Part shown: positions 10,501 through 18,500 of the stretch, in pieces | Numbering within the stretch: the stretch's first letter is position 1 | Layout of the letters: each line of letters opens with the position of its first letter | Virus record (IMG/VR): IMGVR_UViG_3300021295_000003 | Span: 32,001-96,000 of that record | Reading direction: 5' to 3' (one strand) | DNA length: 64,000 nt | Origin: a virus | Lineage: Duplodnaviria > Caudoviricetes | Notes under the pieces: model-generated | What the model was told of the DNA's origin: nothing | Databases searched by the model: none | The model's input: only the letters and a program-made list of their open reading frames with translations | Position numbers and translations under genes: made by a program

Positions 10501-12016
10501 TATGCCCCAAAGCGTCCACTTCAACCAATACACGATGGTCGAACCAAATAATAGGGTCAATCTGAAAAGCAATCTCGGTATTTTCACTATCCAAAGCAGT
10601 ATAAGGGTCAGTATACCTATGTGTAACACTTCCATCTTGCCTTGTAACAATCAAAGTGTTATCACCATCAATTAAAGGAATAAAACAACCTCTCCATTTG
10701 ATAACTGCATTATCAATATGCTCACCGCCATCATTAATTAAATCAAAAGTAACACTATTATTAGTATAATCCACAATACTAATACCTTCGGCAGCACTTG
10801 AAGGGTCAAGCTCCCAATTAACTAACACATTAGTATTATCAGTTGATAAATCCAAACCATACTGCTCAATAACCGCAGAAGACACTTTTGAGTAATCTAC
10901 ACGGTCTTGACCGTCCACATCAACATAATAAGTAACAGTATTTGCAGAAGTTGAAGTACGTATACTGAAATACCAACAAGACTCCTTATTCGCTTGTATT
11001 GTACCGTGTTGAATAGTAATGTCCTCTGATGGACGAGGGTCAATATAATAAGGATAATCCGCATTACCAAGCTTTGAATGTAACGTTTTCAAACCAAACG
11101 CAGACAAACGCAAACACAAACGATTAGTTGTAGACGCTAAACCTGCACCACTACAAACCCAAGAATACTCACCATTACCAAGATTAGTCATTGGTTTAGT
11201 ATTCGATACCAACGTAGTATCAGGAGGCAAACTAATCTTAACAGTCTGATTACCCCCATTCGCTTTCGTAGTATTCCTTAAAGTAACATCAACACAAACA
11301 GTATCATTAACACTACAAGAATGAGGATTATCCTTACTTGTAGCCCTACCATAAGTTAAAACATAATTAGGAATTTCATAATCAACAATAACATAAGCGT
11401 GTTTCAAATAAACATTCGCAGAGTTATCAGTCATAGAGTCAATGTCTTGAAACTTCAAATCAATACCAAACGCAGGTTTATGTAACTGCCCTGTTGGATA
11501 CGCCATTTTATTCCATTCTTCTCCACTAATGGTATAAGCAATATCCTGATTTGAAGTTGTTAATTTTGTTGATGGATATACACGGTAAGTATTATTATAC
11601 CAACCGGTTTTACCATCTTTGGAATGTTGAGTAACCTTACCTTTACCATTATAAATCATAAAAGAACCGACAGGAGCTTTCACCTTCAATCCTTTCTCAC
11701 AAGACAAACCTACGTAAATTGTAACTTTATTAATATACGCATTTTTGGGAATGTCTTCTGTGCTGATCCGAAAATCTGCTATTGCAATAGTTTGAGGATT
11801 TACCATATAGGAAGTTCCTGCTTTTGCATTTTTAAAAGCCGAAGAGTCGCTTCCTTTTGAGGTGTATTTTATTTTCCGTGTATATTTTCCAGTTGCAACA
11901 GTTTCTGTATTCCCATTTGCGTTTTGGATATTAATCCATTTGTTGTAGGGGGTTGTTACGTTTGGGTTCGGTTGTTCGTTTGTGGTTTTAGAGTATATTT
12001 TTTTAGTTTTAGTCAT
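7565..12016 (-). CDS. Large tail-tip protein with adhesin-like Ig domains
   Basis: 1483 aa, second gene after tape measure; C-terminal LQDPQGYPLAKKKVVI...YTKTTNDNGNA...YKVTYAGDKN resembles methanogen adhesin-like repeats. Confidence 0.65.
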   Translation of the reverse strand: MTKTKKIYSKTTNEQPNPNVTTPYNKWINIQNANGNTETVATGKYTRKIKYTSKGSDSSAFKNAKAGTSYMVNPQTIAIADFRISTEDIPKNAYINKVTIYVGLSCEKGLKVKAPVGSFMIYNGKGKVTQHSKDGKTGWYNNTYRVYPSTKLTTSNQDIAYTISGEEWNKMAYPTGQLHKPAFGIDLKFQDIDSMTDNSANVYLKHAYVIVDYEIPNYVLTYGRATSKDNPHSCSVNDTVCVDVTLRNTTKANGGNQTVKISLPPDTTLVSNTKPMTNLGNGEYSWVCSGAGLASTTNRLCLRLSAFGLKTLHSKLGNADYPYYIDPRPSEDITIQHGTIQANKESCWYFSIRTSTSANTVTYYVDVDGQDRVDYSKVSSAVIEQYGLDLSTDNTNVLVNWELDPSSAAEGISIVDYTNNSVTFDLINDGGEHIDNAVIKWRGCFIPLIDGDNTLIVTRQDGSVTHRYTDPYTALDSENTEIAFQIDPIIWFDHRVLVEVDALGHILPIAVNPYDSVMIEGDCTLKAHKWDEVAYIGCVPVHTSHYEPKSDYSNDLLRESYKNKTYMGKKGEIDEDISLQIKLPPRDWTTLQGLTKVDKPVPVNLVPKAFEGDVLNHRGWVELYGVKGVSKTNPLYYDGELEVSYLTHNINTRFSIEKSKDSTPAEMPQMTINVLESGEEFATYTYLDEDGEPVTSSGYFDVDTDGVYIYDKYADVEEDEEPEEIDENLRTIITMDNKQHIRIKSNETLPEQADIHLTWNSSKIEENKENNIERIIYITDDKGTPLFKYQYYNYEFDTDTEYFTCMVKASRLLEDGSWEEVIDKELLLSVDVESLQLKTVFNEETGKYEVVQEDEEDLYVDDDDDTDDGEIFAFNDYVYGSSVRFYINKNNLTVTDEGYNGKSITFSTELLPKNYYYDLQFQNLNTDGDTADVLHFFNFEVAESMITSDYANDYAGMYISSFPIPDKKVLFTRQCNEGTIYYFKDDGSNNFTYIQEPFYMYFCGVDIENQVGSSLFSLDNSYSTFYLDNGLVRLGFNRLNGELYLSKYDVQSNSYINVAELQGIHTDFSIGAFSDDKIEIVADTTVYTMYRGHPYVLIKHPNEDLKFHTKWTQIWAESVNGEAEDIPIFWDLLNHQNMLPDCVGSRDINSNCLVIDDTGNPDVTINPTLSLTPPSAKIYNNQVSIWTLDGSNDIINDGVIILIDGEVSEVISVLNNTPQTDENGKYIMTDLVTTPKFGIIFPDNKEHTVRAVYTGNGNKGIAYTDKITVIPEQYKDNSSSTDPQGAYKLEILNLPTKSTYMEMPNWSWRLTKGGQPVQGKLIQRDLPHGGVWTATTDKDGKIYLKDLNLNNEVRLDQFRRWTVGKHTVRARFHQYDDPTLPMLTSVSRDITISKGTPKMTFTGAGKKGAKAKFKLQDPQGYPLAKKKVVISHGGKRYTKTTNDNGNAYLLINKAGYKTYKVTYAGDKNLKKKTWTFHETVAKK

Positions 12017-12037
12017 TATACTCTTACCTCCATTTGT

Positions 12038-12517
12038 TTAAATTTGTCCTTCGTACGCTTGACTGTAAATAGACCATATCATACCATCAATAGGCATAAT
12101 AACCTCCTTTTGGATAGTCATAGGAGCATTGTTAATAGAATACGCTAAAACAGTTCCACTCGCATTACCAGTCGCTACAATCAAAAACGCTCCTTTAAGT
12201 AAGTGAGTTTCATCGTTCAAGTCATAACTAATACTATTACTTGCAATACTAATAGTACGATTAGCATTAACAGATTTCTGCCATAACAAAGCACATAAAC
12301 CATCTTCACTATCAGTATTAATTAAAGTAACCTCATCATTCAAACAACCATTCTCATCAAGACATTCCTCGATATTGGCTGGACAAGCTTCTACAAGTAC
12401 AACACGGAAATTCTTTGTAGTTCCATCGAACATTGATGTTTTCAAGTCATCAGTATCGATTAAAGTTTCCATAAAATCGTCTATCTTCGTAAAACTAAAC
12501 AAAATACTATCTGCCAT
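12038..12517 (-). CDS. Putative tail protein downstream of tape measure
   Basis: GGTGA RBS, 159 aa, position in operon. Confidence 0.55.
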   Translation of the reverse strand: MADSILFSFTKIDDFMETLIDTDDLKTSMFDGTTKNFRVVLVEACPANIEECLDENGCLNDEVTLINTDSEDGLCALLWQKSVNANRTISIASNSISYDLNDETHLLKGAFLIVATGNASGTVLAYSINNAPMTIQKEVIMPIDGMIWSIYSQAYEGQI

Positions 12518-12551
12518 ATTTAATCACCATAAAAAAAAGATAAAAAGGGGA

Positions 12552-15500
12552 TTAATTACCAGTAGCTGGATTAATACCCAAAATATCAAGAATTTGTTTT
12601 CCACTTCTTTCGTCAATCCTTTTATTATTCACTTCAACATCGTTTCCGTGAACATTAATTTCAATATTAGTATTGTAAGTATCTCCACCGTTTGTAGGTA
12701 CATCGCCTTTTGTTGCGTATCTACGAGGCATACTACCTGCGTTATAACCTTTAACAGCACTACTTGTGAAACTACCTCTGTTCTGTATAGCAGTAGGGTC
12801 AATAATACCAAGACCCGGAATATTAGCCCATACGTGACCTATACCGTTCCAAGTACCGTGTCCACGTGAACCTTCAAATCCAAATGCTCTTGCAATTGCA
12901 AGGACAATATTAGTACCGTCCCAACAATTAAATGCTCCCGCTCTCAAAGCAGCAACAGGGTCATCACCGAAATTACTATCAAAGTATTTATCATAATCAG
13001 TAGCACGAATAACATCGAAAATATACTGTTTCGCAACATCAGCTCTACCTTTAACAGGGAAATTACTATTTTCAAACTTACCTACATTTAGGAAATCGTC
13101 AAGGTGATATGCTCCGAAATGAGTATTCCAACCTTTAAACTTCTTACTAATCTTATTAGTCCAGTTAAAGTTCCAACCACCTGCATAGCAAGGTTTACCT
13201 GTTTCCATCATACATTTTAAGTATTCTAACATACTATTATCAGAAGGTTGTCCGCTACTACGTCTTCCTTTGAAGAGTGATTGACTTCTACTGATTGTAC
13301 CTCCTGCGTAATGCCCATTCGCACGTCCACCTGTAAACCTGCGTCTAATAGACCCAGTATGCCCTCCTTGACTACCAATCAACTGGTCTGGGTGTTTAAT
13401 CTTATTCCAAAACTCTCCAAGATTAGATTTCAATTTATTAATCTTCTGACCTGTTTGAGTCTTGATATGGTCGGCACTTGCAATTAATGCGTCTTGCATT
13501 CCTCTCCAAGATGTTTTAATGTTTCCAATATTACCAATTGTGGCTGCTTTCATATTTGACAAGCTTGAACGTGTTTTCGCTACAATGTTGGTGAAACTTG
13601 ATTGTATACCTGTCTTCATAGCATTAAAGTTTGTAACAACTTGTGATTTCATACCAGTTACAGTAGGTAGAATAGTAGAAATTGACTGTTTGAATTGGTC
13701 GAGGTTAGGAAGTTGAATATTGCCTAAACCAAATGTAGGGTTGAAGTTAGTAGTTAATGATTGAGCTAACTGTGAAGCCATTTGAGGTAAGTTCAAACCC
13801 CCTGTGTTAGTCAAAGCTTGACCGATGTAACCCATCTCATCAGATACCGCCCTTGCCATTTTACCTGGACTGTGCTGATCCAATCCATTGTTATCTTTGA
13901 AACCATTAGACAAGGAAGTACCCAAAGCAGCCCCTCTGTCATAGAAATCTTGTTTACGCTCATCAAGATATTGTAAAGCATATCCTACTTCGGTTTCAAC
14001 GGTGCTTTTGATTTTAGCATTGTCCTTAAAACCATTGGATAATTTTTCTCCGAGTCCTTTTCCTTTACTACTCATTGTGTCAGATAACCCTGTAAGAGCA
14101 GAAGAAACGTCGCTATTTAAGGAGGTTAATCCTTCTTTGACTCCACTTACGATAGCAGTACCCATATTCTTTGCAGTTGCCTTAACAGTAGGGATTGCTC
14201 CTGTCAGGGTAGTTTTGGTATTATTGATTTGGGTTTGCAATGCAGACACAACATTACTTGCATTAGTCACTCCACTTGTATCCCCACTTCCAGTAGCAGT
14301 TAAACCATTAATTTTAGTATTGAAGTTCATTATGTCTTTAACAGACATATATAACTCATCTAATCCGCTTTTAAGACCACTTGCTTGTGGGTTTCCATCT
14401 CCAATTAAGTAACCAACTGCTGCTCCAAGAATACCCCCACTTGCCATATTTCCTTGCCAAGAAGCGTCCACAGCACTTCCCATAGCATTTTTAACAGCGT
14501 CAATAGCGGTTTGAATAGCACTAATACCATTAGCACTATTTTGAAGGGCAGCGACTTTATCAGGATTAATCGGTTCAACAGTAATGTTTTCATTGAAGTT
14601 TTTAACAAACTCGTTTAACTGGTCTATTGGTTGTTTTAATTGTTCAAAGTAGTTAGTTACACCATTAGTGTCTGCTGTGGCTGCTCCACTTACTGCGTCT
14701 TGGTATTTTTCGTTTGGTGAACGAGTATCTGTTTCAAAGTTTGGTAAATCTTTTAAGGCTTCTTTTACAGTTACTAATGCAGTTTTAACACTATCTATAC
14801 CAGTAGCAGACTCTGACAAAGTAGTAACTTTCGCAGAGTCAATTTGGGTAATTTCTAATTTATTAAAATCAGTTATGAAAGTTTCTAATTGAGAGAAGAA
14901 ACCTCCTTCACCAGTTAATTGAGTTAAATCCGCACCAATCTTAACTCCAATTAAATTAGCAACAGCAGTAGCAAGACTATCCCAAGCAATCAAAGCAAAA
15001 GCACTCATAGCTTGTTCAACATAACCTAACGCTTCGGCAGTTAATTTAATAGCCTCTGCACCTTGTTGAACATTACTTAAATCAGTAAACTTATCCCCCA
15101 ATGCTCCTATTTGTTGCAATGGATATTCAAGACTCCAAATAGTTTCGGCAACCCATAACATACCGATAGGAATGCCTAATGTAATTGCAGTTCCCATAAT
15201 CGCTCCAAGAATTGGATTAGCAAATGCAATCGCAACAGTAGCAATCGCCAAAGCCAAAGCAGGGATAAATGGTGCAAGATACATTAAAGAGTCAGACACA
15301 ATCTTCATAGCTTGTGTTCCTTTTTGCACTTGTGCTTGAATACCACTATACTGGTCGCCTAATGCTCCAATCGCCCAAATACTTGGAATAATCATTACAA
15401 TAGTTTCTGCTACAAGCAACATACCTGCTACAATACCAATCGCTGCTTTAAGAGTTCCTGTAACAATTTGAGTATAAGATGGAGCATATTTATCCATAAT

Positions 15501-18500
15501 CAAAGATAACCCTACAACAGCAGGGAGTAACACCGCTAAAACAGGGGAAATCATTTTCAAACCTTCAATTCCTGCTTGGATTTCAGGTTCTTGTGCTTTA
15601 AATTGTTTACCAACTTCGGCTAACCCCCACATAGGTGCTTTAAGCAATATAATCGCTTCTGTGATTAAAAGCATACCTGCTACAATACCTATGGCGGCTC
15701 TTGCATAATTTTGAGCGTCAGATTTCAAAGTTTCTTTAAATGGTGTTTTTGCTTTGGTTTTATCCACATCACCATTTATCCCACCAGTAGAAGTTGATGT
15801 ACTGCCTCCTGTTTTTTCAATAGCGTCTTCGGCATTGTCTTTAACATCTTTCCAACCTTTTGCAACATCTTTAAGTTTACCACCAACTTTCTTCAAGACC
15901 TCAAAGACAGAGTCAGAACCTGAAACCCATTTACCAATCTTTAAACCAATAAGTCCCAAACCAGTTCCTAATGCACCAATTGCAAAGACCCATCGACCGC
16001 TTTCAGTACCAAAGAAGTTCAATAACGCTTCTCCAATGCCTACAAGAGCGTCTTTAATTGCATAAGCAGTAGGTTTTAAATCGTCCCAAGTCTTTTGAAC
16101 AGCTTTCCAAAAGTTAAGGAATGCGTCATTATTCCAAATGTCAATCCAAAGTAATTTAAGGTTATCAATAGCAAAGTAAGCCCCTGCCATTAAATCTCCT
16201 TGATAGAACTGTTTTAAATGCTCTCCGGCTTCCTCTGCAACAGTAGAATACTCCATTATGTACTTATCCATATCCTTTTGAGTACGATTAGTTTCATTCA
16301 TATGCTCCAAGTTTTCGCTAATATGTTTACTTGAAGCTTCTAACCAATCGTACTGTTTGTTATATGAATTAGTAATCTCATATTGGGCTTGATTGATTTT
16401 ATCAACCCAAAATGCTTGTTTTTCAGTCGCTTCGGTTTCAGAGTGTCCTGCTGCCATTAAATTTTGTTTACGGAAACTTGATTGAGCCAACTTAATGGAT
16501 TTTTCCCTTTCATCATTTTGGGCTTTATAACTTTTCGCTAACTTATTCGCAGTTTCTAATTCTTTTACATTACCATCTACAATGGCTTTGTTAGCTTTTG
16601 CTTGTGCATATTTATTTTTATCTTCTTTTGAAGTAGCATTAGCATACTTATCCATTATTTTCTGATAACTTGCAGACTCTTCTTTTGCCTCTTTGAGTTT
16701 GTCTGATCCGGTTTCAACAATTTCGTTGAACGCTTCAACTCGTTTTTTGACAAGGTCTGCTTGAACTGCCATTGAAGATAACCAAGCAACTATACCAATA
16801 GCCATTACTCCACGGATTGCCAAACCAAGCACTTTCCAAGAAGTAGCAGTTTTAAGAATGGCTTTTCCTCTACTTAATTCAGCAGCTTCACTTAATTTAA
16901 TATTATTTGTTAGATATGCTAATCTTTGAGAGCGAGTTAATTCTAATTTACTTAACTTTCCAGTTAATTTACCATTTTTATCCCGTTCCAAGAAAGATAT
17001 ACGCTCAATATCAATACCCTCTTTTAATAAAGCTTTATTATGTAACAATGCTTTTCCATATCCTTTTTCGGCAAGAACTGTTTGATTAACTCCTAATAAT
17101 CTTCCCATTATGGATTTAGTCCAACGGGTGTTTGCTACTTCACTTGCTTTTGTTCCGCTGATAACTGCGGCTAATGCTCTACGGAAACCATACTGTGCTA
17201 CTTCGGCTTTATTCAAGTTCAAAGCAGCAGTAGCAATTGATTTGCTCCAACCGATAGTTGCAATATCTGCAAGACCCATTCCTTTGGTTACCATTGGTAA
17301 AGCGGTGAGTATTCCTCCGAATAATGCTCCTCCTCCACCAATCCAAAGGAAACTTCTCCAAAATGAATTTAAACTATTAAATGAAGTAGAAACACTATCA
17401 ATTGCTCCAATAATCATATTAAATGCTTCTACAATCATTGGAGAGGCAGAGTCAAGTAAATCAGCACCAGTTTCCTCAAACCTTGATTGAGTAATAGTCA
17501 ATACATCATTTAAGGAAGTTGCTTTTTTAGCAAAAACGTCCCAATGCCTATCAAGGGCTGCTTTTTTCAATGCTTTGAGTAAACCATCGATGTTGGTTTT
17601 ATCTTCGTCCCAACCATATGCGACTAATTCTTCTTTACCTACACCAGTTTCTCTGGATAATCTTTGGAACTCTCCTTGAAGAATATCTTTAACTGCAAGT
17701 GCTGCTTCTTCTGATTTACGCCCTGCACGGACATATTCAGATTGTATCATAGTAACAATCGGTAGAGCATCTTTCATCTGTTTAGCAGTTAAATCAAATT
17801 CCAAACCAATGCTTGATACAGTTTCTCCTATACTGTACTTATTAACTTTTTTATAGGTTTTTGTGAGTTTATCAAGTTCCTTACGGAAATACTTTATTCC
17901 CCCTTCTCCAACCTTATCATTTTGTTTTAGTTGAGCTTCCATTTCGTTTTTAGCAGTTACGGTGGTTTTTATGCCTTCTGCAATTTGAGAAGCGAACCCC
18001 CAAAGAGCCATACCCCCCATTGCTGTGAAAATCATTTTAAGAGATAATAATGCCCCCCTAATTTGATAAAGAGTATTGGAAAGTATTCTACCACTATGGG
18101 CAGTTTGAGTCACGCCATTGTTGAAAGAAGTTAAACCTCTTCCAGTATTACGTGCATTAACTCCTGTTTTAGTTAATTCACTATTTCCAAGAGATAATTC
18201 TCTAATTGCTTGTTGAGAAGAACTTCCAAGTAATTTTAACTTATTTGCTAATTTAGTAAGTTCACTTTCATAAGTTTGAGCTGTGATTTCGCCTTTTTTA
18301 AATGCAGTTTCCAATACATTTAATTTATCACGGTAAATTGTTGTTTGTTGGCTTAATTTAGCAAGAGCAGATTTATTCTTACTACTTATACTTGAAAAAT
18401 GACTCAACTCCCTACTAATACGGGATAATTTACCTGCAAGTTCATTAGACATACCCATAGAGTCCATAGAAGACATTACCATATGTGCTTTATTAGAAAA

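Noticed and set aside
102-12016. Diversity-generating retroelement acting on tail adhesins
   Set aside because: No reverse transcriptase and no template/variable repeat pair seen in this window.
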